From a virus: a stretch of 64,000 nt of DNA. This document shows, in pieces, positions 18,984 through 27,953 of this stretch. The DNA is taken from IMG/VR virus record IMGVR_UViG_3300008516_000159; one strand, written 5' to 3'. A program made the position numbers and the translations under genes. The first letter of the stretch is position 1; each line of letters begins with the position of its first letter. Under the pieces are notes generated by a model, which was not told where the DNA came from, did not search any database, and saw only the letters and a program-made list of their open reading frames with translations.

Positions 18984-19319
18984 TTATATGTGTCTCATAA
19001 GAATCGTTACAATATTCTTTTTCAAACGAACGGTTTTTTTTATTTTATCGTTAATCATTTTCATTTCTTTGGCCGTAGGCTTCTCAACTGCCCGACCATG
19101 ACTGATTAATACATATCTTATGTTCCCCAGGCGATCGTCTATAGAAACCCAATCATCTGTACTATATTTTCCGGCAGAAATAAATCCGCCAATTCTTACT
19201 ACATTATGCATAGTTGCTCCTGAATAAATTAAAACAAATATCCCTCGCGATATATTTCGCGGGTCACGCGGCGAAGTGTCTTTTTCATCAATTAATATAT
19301 CGCCTGTCTTAAATTTCAT
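18984..19319 (-). CDS. MKFKTG-family small protein
   Basis: MKFKTGDILIDEK. Confidence 0.8.
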   Translation of the reverse strand: MKFKTGDILIDEKDTSPRDPRNISRGIFVLIYSGATMHNVVRIGGFISAGKYSTDDWVSIDDRLGNIRYVLISHGRAVEKPTAKEMKMINDKIKKTVRLKKNIVTILMRHI

Positions 19320-19321
19320 AT

Positions 19322-19579
19322 TTAGGTTCCTTTCGCAGCTCGATCAAACATACTAGCCACGATGTCACCTTTGTGACGTGCTTTGCGGACTTCTTGCTTC
19401 AATCTTTTAAAAAGGTCTAAATCCATTATTTTAGTTGATTTCGTAATATTATTTCCTGAGAACACTACCGTTTTTCGTTCATACGTATCCTTGGTTTTTC
19501 TGGCAATACTGTATAGAACCAGCCAGATACGGTCTCCTTTATGGCTCTTGAGATAGGGGTATATAAAATAATATATCAT
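19322..19579 (-). CDS. Small protein, C-terminal helix family
   Basis: Start at MIYYF (track extends to 19648); HKGDIVASMF tail. Confidence 0.65.
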   Translation of the reverse strand: MIYYFIYPYLKSHKGDRIWLVLYSIARKTKDTYERKTVVFSGNNITKSTKIMDLDLFKRLKQEVRKARHKGDIVASMFDRAAKGT

Positions 19580-19580
19580 T

Positions 19581-19862
19581 TTATTTTTTTGACCTAAATA
19601 TTCTTTCGATAATAAAACGCTTGTCGCCTGTGGCCGAGGCTCTGCCATTGGTTATCTCAAAAAAACTTGGAACGCCTTCGGTGCCGGTTTCGTTAAGTAT
19701 ACCAAAAATCACTTTAACTATTGGCCCTGAATACGCGGTGCGGCCCACAACCTGGACGATATCATTCCAAGTAGTTTTCTCTATAACAGGACTGTATTCT
19801 CTATAATAGAACACTGAACCGATCTGCAATTGGTCAATATCTTCGCTTGACAAATATTTCAT
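19581..19862 (-). CDS. Small protein, C-terminal helix family
   Basis: DKRFIIERIF tail. Confidence 0.7.
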   Translation of the reverse strand: MKYLSSEDIDQLQIGSVFYYREYSPVIEKTTWNDIVQVVGRTAYSGPIVKVIFGILNETGTEGVPSFFEITNGRASATGDKRFIIERIFRSKK

Positions 19863-19866
19863 TTCA

Positions 19867-20172
19867 CTATATTATTCCCTCGGTAGTAAAATATTCCTTC
19901 ACTACGGTTTTTTTTATCTTGCTGCTTTTTGCCCGCGTCATCTGTTGTTTTAATAACTGCATATCTTCATCTTTTATCAGGCCTCGTATTCCTGCCGGAT
20001 GTATCGCAGCAATACTCAAATCATGACGATCGCCGTATACAAATACCTGTTTTTTATCGAGCCTATGGGCGATGTTAAACCCTACAAACCAATCATCGTG
20101 AGAAGATGTATACAGATATACCCAAAATTCATCATCTAGACGTTCGTATATATAACCCGTTTTAAATTTCAA
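19867..20172 (-). CDS. MKFKTG-family small protein
   Basis: Likely TTG start; IKKTVVKEYF tail. Confidence 0.7.
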   Translation of the reverse strand: MKFKTGYIYERLDDEFWVYLYTSSHDDWFVGFNIAHRLDKKQVFVYGDRHDLSIAAIHPAGIRGLIKDEDMQLLKQQMTRAKSSKIKKTVVKEYFTTEGII

Positions 20173-20175
20173 TTT

Positions 20176-20424
20176 TTATTTCCAACTCGGCGCGGCAAAA
20201 AGACCCGCTATGAACCCTTGCTTGGTGCTGCGCTCGAAGTGTAGTCTGGCTACATAATCTATCACTATGATGTTTTTCTTGATATCCAGCGGCTCTCCTT
20301 CAAAAGCTTCGACCTTAAAAACGCGCATATCGCCTAGCGAAGTTTCCCCAGTACGATAAAAAACTATAAACATTTTTGTTTTTTGTGGACCACTTTTTGA
20401 AAATAATGTATAAAAAATTTCCAT
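20176..20424 (-). CDS. Small protein, C-terminal helix family
   Basis: TKQGFIAGLF tail. Confidence 0.7.
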   Translation of the reverse strand: MEIFYTLFSKSGPQKTKMFIVFYRTGETSLGDMRVFKVEAFEGEPLDIKKNIIVIDYVARLHFERSTKQGFIAGLFAAPSWK

Positions 20425-20642
20425 TATGATGCCTTTCCAAATACATCTTTCACAAAGCTTTTTTTCGTGCCTTTAGTCATCATTATTGTCGTATGAAAAA
20501 CTGATTCATGATATAATCCTTTGCGCCATTTTTTATCTTGCGCGCTCCACCAAACACGATTGACCTTAAGTTTCCCGCTATCCAACGTCTTAATAACACG
20601 AGCCATAGTTATATGTGGCTGTACTAAATAATAGATTACCAT
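20424..20642 (-). CDS. Small protein, C-terminal helix family
   Basis: Start at MVIYY; KGTKKSFVKDVF tail. Confidence 0.7.
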   Translation of the reverse strand: MVIYYLVQPHITMARVIKTLDSGKLKVNRVWWSAQDKKWRKGLYHESVFHTTIMMTKGTKKSFVKDVFGKAS

Positions 20643-20875
20643 CGTTTGAAGAAGTCCTTGATAAATGTTTGTTTGGTGCCTTTTGTCCAAAAGGCGGGAT
20701 CCGTTATGTCTTTGAGAGGAAAGTCAGTTACCATATGATATATCTTGCCTCCTCTTCTAAAATCTACAGCGTCTATATCGAAGCTTCCCGATCTTTTTTG
20801 TCTTATGATACTATGAAGCGCAATTGTTCTTGACGGTGTCGTTGAGCCAAAATCATAATATAGTTCTAATGCCAT
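20636..20875 (-). CDS. Small protein, C-terminal helix family
   Basis: KGTKQTFIKDFF tail. Confidence 0.7.
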   Translation of the reverse strand: MALELYYDFGSTTPSRTIALHSIIRQKRSGSFDIDAVDFRRGGKIYHMVTDFPLKDITDPAFWTKGTKQTFIKDFFKRW

Positions 20876-20878
20876 TAC

Positions 20879-21187
20879 TTATACATCCTTTAAAAGAACG
20901 CCATTTGGGTCCCACATCTTTTCTCTCAGAGCTTCGCCTTGTTTGTTATAACTGGTGTCAAAATTAATTTGGCCGCTGCTCCAGTATATTTTCCAATCTC
21001 CTACACGAATGCGGCCCCGGGCGTCGTCTTTAAGCTGACCGTATTGAAACACGTTTAGGTTCTCATGAGTTGATAAAAACCATCCGCACCGATAAGGCCC
21101 CTTAAAGCCATTTCGTTGTGATGCGTATATTGACACTCCCTTGCCATGCTTTTCGAAAAAATATTTTATGGCGTTGGTTTTATTCAT
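20879..21187 (-). CDS. Hypothetical protein
   Basis: RBS aaggaaag; first gene of minus cluster. Confidence 0.65.
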   Translation of the reverse strand: MNKTNAIKYFFEKHGKGVSIYASQRNGFKGPYRCGWFLSTHENLNVFQYGQLKDDARGRIRVGDWKIYWSSGQINFDTSYNKQGEALREKMWDPNGVLLKDV

Positions 21188-21250
21188 GTTCTTTCCTTTT
21201 TATTATCTTTGAAGCATACATACTTAAAAGGTTCCCCAAGATAAATTAAA

Positions 21251-21279
21251 GAAAAGGTCACTGACCTTCCCTTTTTTTT
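21251..21279. terminator. Hairpin with U-tracts on both strands in the pyrD leader
   Basis: AAGGTC-ACT-GACCTT then CCC and T8 on plus; TTCTTT on minus. Confidence 0.45.
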
Positions 21280-21308
21280 GCCTAAATTTTTTTTGCTCCG
21301 GAGGTAAC

Positions 21309-23081
21309 ATGCTCTTCTTGGGTGTAGAAATAAAAAACCGTTCAGTATTAGCATCCGGCATTTTAGGCTTATCGGCCGCGGCACTATCAAGAGTTCACAA
21401 AGAAGGAGCTGGCATAGTCACCAGTAAATCTATCGGACCTAAAAAAAGAGCGGGCCACCATGGCCCTGTTGTGTTTGACTGGGGCGAGGGACTGGTGAAT
21501 GCTGTCGGTTTATCTAATCCGGGCATAGACGCTTTTATCACACAATTCGAAAGATGCGATATAAACTTTCCTGTAATCATTTCCATATACGGCTCAATAG
21601 AAGAAGACTTTGAAATCATAGCTGAAAAACTCAAAAGGATCCGTCATGATTTCATAGAGCTTAACCTTTCCTGCCCCAACACATTAACTGAATTCGGCAC
21701 ACCCTTTGCCTACTCTGCTGCGGCAACCGCGGTTATTGTAAATGGGGTCAAGAGAGCGACAGACAAGCCCGTCATCGCCAAACTCAGCCCAAACACAAGC
21801 GAATTGAACAATATAGCCAAAGCTGCTGAGGCAGCTGGAGCAGACGCGCTATGTGTAATGAACAGTGTGGGTCCTGGTATGATTATAGATACCAACACCG
21901 CGGTGCCTGTGCTAGGAAATAAAATGGGCGGTGTTTCAGGCAAGGCTATACTGCCGTTAACTATCAAAAATGTGCATGAGCTATATAAAAAAGTCAGAAT
22001 TCCAATTATAGGCACAGGCGGCGTCACAGATACAGATAGCGCGCTGCAAGTATTAATGGCTGGCGCTACACTATATGGCATCGGCAGTGCGATTTATCAA
22101 AGAGACCTTGGTGTGTTCAAAGAAATAGATAATGGCATTCACCAGTTCATGGTAAACAATAACATAACAGAAAGTGAGGAATTGATTGGTCTATCTCACA
22201 AGCAAGCTATACATTCCTTTTATCAGACGACACATAAAAAACATCACTCCAAAATGGCTGTCCTGCCTATTACCGAAATAGAAAGGGATAATAGTGATAA
22301 AATTATTACCGTATATTTTGATGCTCACGAACTAAAAGAGTACCAGCGAAATCCAACACAGCCATTGCCGGGACAGTTCTACATGTTATGGCTTCCTGAG
22401 GCAGATCAAAAGCCATATTCTGTGTCATACTATAACGACGGACGCATTGGCTTTACGGTCAAACTAAGAGGTTGCTTTTCCAAGAAACTGTTTGAGGCCA
22501 AAGAAGGAGATCCCATAGGATTGTTGGGACCATTGGGCAGTCCATTCGGTCTGGATTATGATAACTATTTATTGGTAGGCGGCGGTATTGGCTGTGCACC
22601 TATGTTGTTTGCCGCGGCAGAGTTATATAAATCTGGTAAAAAGTTCAATCTATTCGTAGGTGCTGAAGAAAAACCATGGCTGAAGTGGGTTGAGCCTCTA
22701 TTAAACAAGACTGTACCGTGTAGTAAAGATTTAATTACGTACTGCACTGAAGACGGCTCGTGGGGCCACAAAGGTATGATAACAGATTGGTTGAAATACA
22801 CAGTCAAACGCGAAAAACCTGATTATACATTATTATGCGGCCCTGAACTGTTCACCAAGAAAGCTATTCACATACTCACAGACATGAAAATGCTTGGTCA
22901 AGCAAGCATAGAGCGCATGATGAAATGCGGCATCGGTATCTGCGGTTCCTGTTCAGTAGATCACACAGGAGATCGCGTCTGCGTTGAAGGACCTATGTTT
23001 GACTTTGATTACCTGCTACAAATGAAAGAGTTTGGTTCTTACTTTATGGATGAAACCGGCGCGGTAATCCAGCAAAGATAA
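21309..23081 (+). CDS. pyrD: Dihydroorotate dehydrogenase 1B fused to electron-transfer subunit (PyrD-PyrK)
   Basis: LASG, VTSKS, NAVGLSNPG, ELNLSCPN, KLSPN, GG.SG, GTGG then LPGQFYMLW..PYS, GGGIG.AP, CGP, ERMMKCGIGICGSC, CVEGP. Confidence 0.93.
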   Translation: MLFLGVEIKNRSVLASGILGLSAAALSRVHKEGAGIVTSKSIGPKKRAGHHGPVVFDWGEGLVNAVGLSNPGIDAFITQFERCDINFPVIISIYGSIEEDFEIIAEKLKRIRHDFIELNLSCPNTLTEFGTPFAYSAAATAVIVNGVKRATDKPVIAKLSPNTSELNNIAKAAEAAGADALCVMNSVGPGMIIDTNTAVPVLGNKMGGVSGKAILPLTIKNVHELYKKVRIPIIGTGGVTDTDSALQVLMAGATLYGIGSAIYQRDLGVFKEIDNGIHQFMVNNNITESEELIGLSHKQAIHSFYQTTHKKHHSKMAVLPITEIERDNSDKIITVYFDAHELKEYQRNPTQPLPGQFYMLWLPEADQKPYSVSYYNDGRIGFTVKLRGCFSKKLFEAKEGDPIGLLGPLGSPFGLDYDNYLLVGGGIGCAPMLFAAAELYKSGKKFNLFVGAEEKPWLKWVEPLLNKTVPCSKDLITYCTEDGSWGHKGMITDWLKYTVKREKPDYTLLCGPELFTKKAIHILTDMKMLGQASIERMMKCGIGICGSCSVDHTGDRVCVEGPMFDFDYLLQMKEFGSYFMDETGAVIQQR

Positions 23082-23088
23082 CTCTGTC

Positions 23089-23436
23089 ATGAGCGCAAAC
23101 GTATACAAAGTAATAGATAGTACCTGGACCTACAGCAGTATTTTTCATGACCGCGGTTCGCGTTCTATTACAAAAGACCAATGGAAGCTTATTCCGAAAG
23201 AGCTGCGCGCGAATATAGAATACTATGACGGCGCAGAGCTGAATAAAATGCCGCAGCGTGTATTTCCTTTTCGTGCAATAATGGAGTTTCAACATCATAG
23301 GGATCCGAATTATTACTTGATACAATATGGTTATGATAAAAAAGATTGGGCATTCATAGGTAAACGTGGTCTGAAAAAATATACCAAACAAGATGCTATA
23401 AAAGAGATGCTAAAAGGAAGCTTGCATATATCATGA
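23089..23436 (+). CDS. 115-aa tandem paralog 1
   Basis: Highly similar to next ORF; TKQDAIKEML tail. Confidence 0.8.
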   Translation: MSANVYKVIDSTWTYSSIFHDRGSRSITKDQWKLIPKELRANIEYYDGAELNKMPQRVFPFRAIMEFQHHRDPNYYLIQYGYDKKDWAFIGKRGLKKYTKQDAIKEMLKGSLHIS

Positions 23437-23780
23437 GTGCAAAAGTATACAAAATCATAGATAGTAATTGGATCTACAGCAGTATTTTTTATGACCGCGG
23501 TTCGGGCTGTATTACAAAAGACCAATGGAAACTTATTCCAAAAGATTTGCGCGCGAATATCGAATATTATGATGATGCAGAAATGTACAAAATGCCGAAG
23601 TATGTATTTCCTTATCATAAGATAATGGAGTTTAAACACTATAGAGATCCAAATTACTATTTGATACAATACGCTTATGATAAAAAAGATTGGGGATTTG
23701 TTAGTAAAAACGGTTTGCAAGAATATACAAAACAAGATACTGTAAAGGAAATCCTAAAAGGAAATCTCAGGGTCATATGA
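23433..23780 (+). CDS. 115-aa tandem paralog 2
   Basis: 344-bp duplication; TKQDTVKEIL tail. Confidence 0.8.
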   Translation: MSAKVYKIIDSNWIYSSIFYDRGSGCITKDQWKLIPKDLRANIEYYDDAEMYKMPKYVFPYHKIMEFKHYRDPNYYLIQYAYDKKDWGFVSKNGLQEYTKQDTVKEILKGNLRVI

Positions 23781-24121
23781 GCGCTAAAGTGTATCAAATT
23801 GAAGATCGTGGTTATGCATATCCTGCCGTATTTTGGGATCTAGAAGCATGGATAAAAAACCCCGACAGTATACCGCCGGATATGCAAAAACGAATAAAAC
23901 GTAAAGTAGCTCTTGATGAGAAATCTAGGCCGGCTGATGACTGGAAAAACAAAGCATATCTTAGCAGAGGCGAGTTCGTTCATATACTTGATAGTAAGTT
24001 GTTATATTTATTACAAAACCCTTTAGATCCTGACGAATGGTTTTTTATGGACGCTTCGTTTTGCCGAGGCGGTAGCAAACAGGATTATATACACAAAATG
24101 TTTATAGGACAAATAAAGTGA
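23777..24121 (+). CDS. Diverged paralog 3
   Basis: MSAKVY start; SKQDYIHKMF tail. Confidence 0.75.
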   Translation: MSAKVYQIEDRGYAYPAVFWDLEAWIKNPDSIPPDMQKRIKRKVALDEKSRPADDWKNKAYLSRGEFVHILDSKLLYLLQNPLDPDEWFFMDASFCRGGSKQDYIHKMFIGQIK

Positions 24122-24486
24122 AATTAGATCGAATATTAAAAGAAAGCGGAATGATACAAGAATCCAGAATAGGTCAGGTTGTCGCGCAATGGAAGGCTGG
24201 CAAACTTGTGCCGGGAAAAATACTACAACAGATAGGTTTGGTTCAGGATGATACAACTGGTCAGCCGTTGACTGGCACGCAGGTTAAGTTGAGAATGGTG
24301 CAGGCTGGTATGAAAGAAAACGATCCTTTAATGCCTGAAATAAAACAGGCTGCTGATAGGGCTTTTGTTAGCAGCGCTGGTAGAGAGGAATATAAACAGG
24401 AAAGAGAAAAAGAACAAAGAAGGATCGGCACCACAATAAAGGGTGCGGCTAAGAGGCAATCAAGACCATTTTTTCAAGAGACCTAA
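24118..24486 (+). CDS. Hypothetical protein, possible internal head protein
   Basis: MKLDRILKESGMIQES N-terminus. Confidence 0.7.
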   Translation: MKLDRILKESGMIQESRIGQVVAQWKAGKLVPGKILQQIGLVQDDTTGQPLTGTQVKLRMVQAGMKENDPLMPEIKQAADRAFVSSAGREEYKQEREKEQRRIGTTIKGAAKRQSRPFFQET

Positions 24487-24806
24487 GATATCATGAAAAA
24501 CGGTCTATCTAGCCAATGTTGGATTCTGTATATATGAAAGAATATTGAAAAATAAAGCTTGCGCAAAATAGGATTACTTTTAGAGCCCATTATGGAATCA
24601 ACCTTCCTGTGGGCTCTCATTTGTAAACCACAATAAGTATCCATCCCAAGACCCATTGAGCCTAGTTTTTCAATCTTGGCTGATACATCAGGGTCATTTT
24701 CGCGGCCCTTGTGCTGGTCGAGGTAATCGCACACTTTATCAGACGGCTTGCCTACTATACGATTCCAAATCTTGTCTACTATTTTGCCAAACAGTTTGAA
24801 ACACAT
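24483..24806 (-). CDS. Hypothetical protein
   Basis: Start MCFKLF with RBS aaggag downstream of a sigma70 promoter. Confidence 0.65.
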   Translation of the reverse strand: MCFKLFGKIVDKIWNRIVGKPSDKVCDYLDQHKGRENDPDVSAKIEKLGSMGLGMDTYCGLQMRAHRKVDSIMGSKSNPILRKLYFSIFFHIYRIQHWLDRPFFMIS

Positions 24807-24825
24807 ATCGCTTCTCCTTGTTATT

Positions 24826-24854
24826 ATAATATCACACACTCCTCTTTTTGTAAA
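24826..24854 (-). promoter_or_regulatory. sigma70-type promoter
   Basis: TTTACA-N17-TATTAT. Confidence 0.65.
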
Positions 24855-24863
24855 GCATTAATT

Positions 24864-24935
24864 AGCCCCTACTCGGATTCGAACCGAGATAAGATGGTTT
24901 TAGAAACCACCGCCTAACCATTCGGCCATAGGGAC
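24864..24935 (-). tRNA. Amber suppressor tRNA (anticodon CUA), U73
   Basis: Cloverleaf: GUGGU UU-CUA-AA ACCAU, T arm CUCGG UUCGAAU CCGAG. Confidence 0.88.
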
Positions 24936-24967
24936 ACAAGCCGGTATCTCTACCGGCTATATATATG

Positions 24968-25534
24968 TTACCTCTTCAGTTCCCAAAGACGAATTTTACC
25001 ATCGGTTTCGCCCTTGATAAACATACCGCTTTTGCGTACAGCCTGACACTGCCCTATATTCATACGTTTGACTTCATCGCCTAGCACAAAATCCATGGTT
25101 AATTGAGACCACCGACCTGAGGAAAGATCTTCTCTTATGTGCCAACCATTCTGGATCATTCTGATAACAGAGATCGTGCTGTGCTCGGTTGAATCTTCAA
25201 CAAACTTTTCGACTTCCTTGGCTACTTTCTCGAAGCTTTTGATATAATCATTAATCTTGCTTTTGAGGGTATTGCCTTCGTAGCCTGGGAAATCCAGTCG
25301 TATCTTCGAGTAATCTCCATCATGGTCCCATATCCAACTTTGATAGTCCATGGTTATAATATCCACCTTGCTGCCCCTCGTAGATATCACAAGCTCGTCG
25401 CCTTCAATATACTGATACGCGCCATCCCAGTAGCCAGGCTTTTGCTCCAAATTGAATATCGCACCACCTGGCACCCTGACATAATCTTCGGGGCTTTCTT
25501 TTTGCAATAGCGCAATAAGTTCTTTTACTTTCAT
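24968..25534 (-). CDS. Hypothetical protein
   Basis: Start MKVKELIALLQ, common phage N-terminus. Confidence 0.75.
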   Translation of the reverse strand: MKVKELIALLQKESPEDYVRVPGGAIFNLEQKPGYWDGAYQYIEGDELVISTRGSKVDIITMDYQSWIWDHDGDYSKIRLDFPGYEGNTLKSKINDYIKSFEKVAKEVEKFVEDSTEHSTISVIRMIQNGWHIREDLSSGRWSQLTMDFVLGDEVKRMNIGQCQAVRKSGMFIKGETDGKIRLWELKR

Positions 25535-25995
25535 ACCGTTAACAACTCCTTCGCGGCACACTTGCGAGCTCTAGGGGGAACATAAGGCGCTTCTGCCCAA
25601 ACGATAACTGTTTGTCCTAACTCATTGTGGGTCGTCTTATAACCCCAATTCTTGAGGGTGGTGTGGATATCATTTTCATCGGGCATGTTGTGCTTAGGTT
25701 GTTCAATCTCGTCGCGTGTTCGGCCACGAATTAAGCAATACGCAATGTGCTGATGACGATATAAATGGCTCAAATTCTTGGGACTGCTTTTGTACATCGC
25801 TTCCATTATGTTCCAGTACGCCTCTTTGAGTCTATCCCAAGCGCCGCGGTGGCGCATCTCTCGGGGTAGACCGCAAACACGCTGAAATCTGGAAAGCGCT
25901 CTTTGTTTTTCTTTGTAAATTGGTTTTGCTTCTTTGATTTGGTGAGCGAGCTCTTTGAGCTCTTCTTTGATTTGTAGATATTCTTTCTTTGTCAT
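25531..25995 (-). CDS. Conserved phage hypothetical protein
   Basis: RH.HIAYCLIRGRTRDEIE motif. Confidence 0.75.
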   Translation of the reverse strand: MTKKEYLQIKEELKELAHQIKEAKPIYKEKQRALSRFQRVCGLPREMRHRGAWDRLKEAYWNIMEAMYKSSPKNLSHLYRHQHIAYCLIRGRTRDEIEQPKHNMPDENDIHTTLKNWGYKTTHNELGQTVIVWAEAPYVPPRARKCAAKELLTV

Positions 25996-26121
25996 TGTCT
26001 TTCTCCTATTTGATTTTAATTGGCGTGAATAGGAGCGACAATTACGGTGGTAATAAAGCCTATGTCATTCTGCTTTCCTCCTTTTTGTTACATGTTATTA
26101 TATATGTCTCATCTATTATCT

Positions 26122-26418
26122 TTATCGTTGGAAACCTAAAAGCAAAGCTTTGGCGAGATCTCTTTTATTGGCAGGAACTAAACGCTGTGTCTTAAATATA
26201 GCTTCTAAACTACGCTTGTCGGCGAAACAGCCGTCTGTCGAGCCTTCTGAATACATATATTTGAGACGGTATTCGCTGGTAGGCAGATAGAAAGGCTCAT
26301 CCTCTTTGAACAAATGCAATTCTGTTATTTCTGCGATTCGCCACATGTTCGAAACCGCGGATTTATAAATCCCGTTTTTATATGGTTTATTGTCGCTTGT
26401 TATACGTGGCAAATTCAT
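26122..26418 (-). CDS. Hypothetical protein ending LAKALLL
   Basis: Operon-like overlap. Confidence 0.65.
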   Translation of the reverse strand: MNLPRITSDNKPYKNGIYKSAVSNMWRIAEITELHLFKEDEPFYLPTSEYRLKYMYSEGSTDGCFADKRSLEAIFKTQRLVPANKRDLAKALLLGFQR

Positions 26419-26627
26419 ACTGAATAACCGCCTCTTACAGATTTTATGCCGTATGGACTTTCAATCGTTTCTTTTGCCAAGTCGCGGACCTTGCGGGTCT
26501 TGGCGTGGCACTTTATACATTCTGCCACTATCCTTATTCTTCCGCGAGGAGCTTCAGAATGTACCTGTATTTCGCCTCCGCAATATTTGCAAAAGAAAAC
26601 ATATTTCTGTCCCTTGTTAACTGCCAC
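26415..26627 (-). CDS. Zinc-ribbon protein
   Basis: CKYCG...CIKC. Confidence 0.7.
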   Translation of the reverse strand: MAVNKGQKYVFFCKYCGGEIQVHSEAPRGRIRIVAECIKCHAKTRKVRDLAKETIESPYGIKSVRGGYSV

Positions 26628-26690
26628 AACTTTCCCTCTTTAATTCAATTTTATCTTGAAACAATACTGTTAAGGTAGGGAGTTAAAAAG

Positions 26691-27062
26691 TTATTTTGAT
26701 TTTGTTTGAAACTTTTCCCATAATGGAACCATATTTTCAAAACACTTCTTACCTTCTTCGCCTTTTGGCCAAAGACCAGGAATAATACGTATTTCTTTAT
26801 TCATAGCAAAAGCCATGCCCATGTCAAAAACGCATCCGCGCGATTGGCCGTCCCAGGCGACAAAAACAACATCTGCTTCTAGAATAGCATGTTTGTTATT
26901 CAAACATATCCTATAGCCAAGAGTTTTATCCTCCTGTTTTGTGTCTTCGACCGGCAGATATACAAAGTGGCCGGCCGCCTCAAGACCCTTTACGAATGAT
27001 TTGACTTCATTCATGAAATCTGGATCCGCATCTTTAATTGGGTGTATCACAAATACTTTCAC
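26691..27062 (-). CDS. Nucleoside 2-deoxyribosyltransferase-like protein
   Basis: VYLP...AILEADVVFVAWDGQSRGCVFDMGMAFAMNK. Confidence 0.8.
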   Translation of the reverse strand: MKVFVIHPIKDADPDFMNEVKSFVKGLEAAGHFVYLPVEDTKQEDKTLGYRICLNNKHAILEADVVFVAWDGQSRGCVFDMGMAFAMNKEIRIIPGLWPKGEEGKKCFENMVPLWEKFQTKSK

Positions 27063-27065
27063 TTT

Positions 27066-27260
27066 TTACTCCAACATGTAAGAGCCAGGGGGCGGCACGG
27101 GTTTATCGTTGCCAGCTTCTGCTTTCTTCAATGCACTGTAGAAACTATACCCTCCCAACTTTTGGTAACAATCTTCGTGCATATTATTACCTTGTATTTT
27201 ACGGAACTGCTGGCACACTTCTATTTTCTTGCCGCATACTGAACATCTAATCTTCTTCAT
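27066..27260 (-). CDS. Small Zn-binding protein
   Basis: CSVCG...HEDC. Confidence 0.65.
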   Translation of the reverse strand: MKKIRCSVCGKKIEVCQQFRKIQGNNMHEDCYQKLGGYSFYSALKKAEAGNDKPVPPPGSYMLE

Positions 27261-27263
27261 TTT

Positions 27264-27572
27264 TTACTCCTGATAATGAAATGTTATCTCTGAGTTAGAA
27301 CAATTATAAGATCTATTTTCTAAACCAGCTACAACGGGAACCAAAGTAACGCTTCTCCATCTGAGCTCGCTGGCTTTCCTTTGTTTTCTTTTTTTAGTCA
27401 ACACTGCGGCAACATCAAACATAAAATAGCCAAGTGTAGCCGAGAGCACCAGGCTTATATCAAATCCAAAGAACACATGAAAAGGAAGCATCATACAAAA
27501 CAATAACCCGCAAAACACAGTTGCTGTCCTTAGTGTCTCTTTTATGCTATCACTCTTGGTATAAAAAAACAT
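27264..27572 (-). CDS. Membrane protein
   Basis: Two hydrophobic segments; RBS gaggag. Confidence 0.65.
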   Translation of the reverse strand: MFFYTKSDSIKETLRTATVFCGLLFCMMLPFHVFFGFDISLVLSATLGYFMFDVAAVLTKKRKQRKASELRWRSVTLVPVVAGLENRSYNCSNSEITFHYQE

Positions 27573-27585
27573 TTTTATCTCCTCT

Positions 27586-27657
27586 TATCCCCGGTAGGAA
27601 TCGAACCTACAATCCAGGTTTAGGAAACCCGCGTTTTTTCCATTAGACTACGGGGAC
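27586..27657 (-). tRNA. tRNA-Arg(CCU)
   Basis: Cloverleaf, loop UU-CCU-AA. Confidence 0.9.
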
Positions 27658-27906
27658 TCAAATGTGACCGTTAAGAGTCTTAATCACATTATTAAATAGT
27701 TCTCTGAACTTATCGTCGCCGTTCAAAAGAGCCTTGGCTGCATCTGTTTTTGTTATATCCACGCAGGCTTGCAAAACGGCAGCTAAGGCGGCAATTTTGT
27801 TATTTACGGTAGTATCGTAATCGTGTGATACCTTGAGATTGATTTCTTCGAGCTCGATTTTAGCTGGAGTATATCCACCAGATATTTGAATTTGATGCTC
27901 TTCCAT
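27658..27906 (-). CDS. Hypothetical protein
   Basis: RBS aggag; stop abuts tRNA. Confidence 0.7.
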   Translation of the reverse strand: MEEHQIQISGGYTPAKIELEEINLKVSHDYDTTVNNKIAALAAVLQACVDITKTDAAKALLNGDDKFRELFNNVIKTLNGHI

Positions 27907-27953
27907 ATTTACTCCTTTAATAATGTGGGGCCCTTGCGGGCCCCTCTGTTGAT

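Noticed and set aside
21184-21390. 68-aa minus-strand ORF
   Set aside because: Overlaps the pyrD start and homopolymer-rich leader; no RBS.
23089-23780. DGR template/variable repeat pair
   Set aside because: Differences are mostly third-position and not adenine-specific; both copies are ORFs; no reverse transcriptase in the window.
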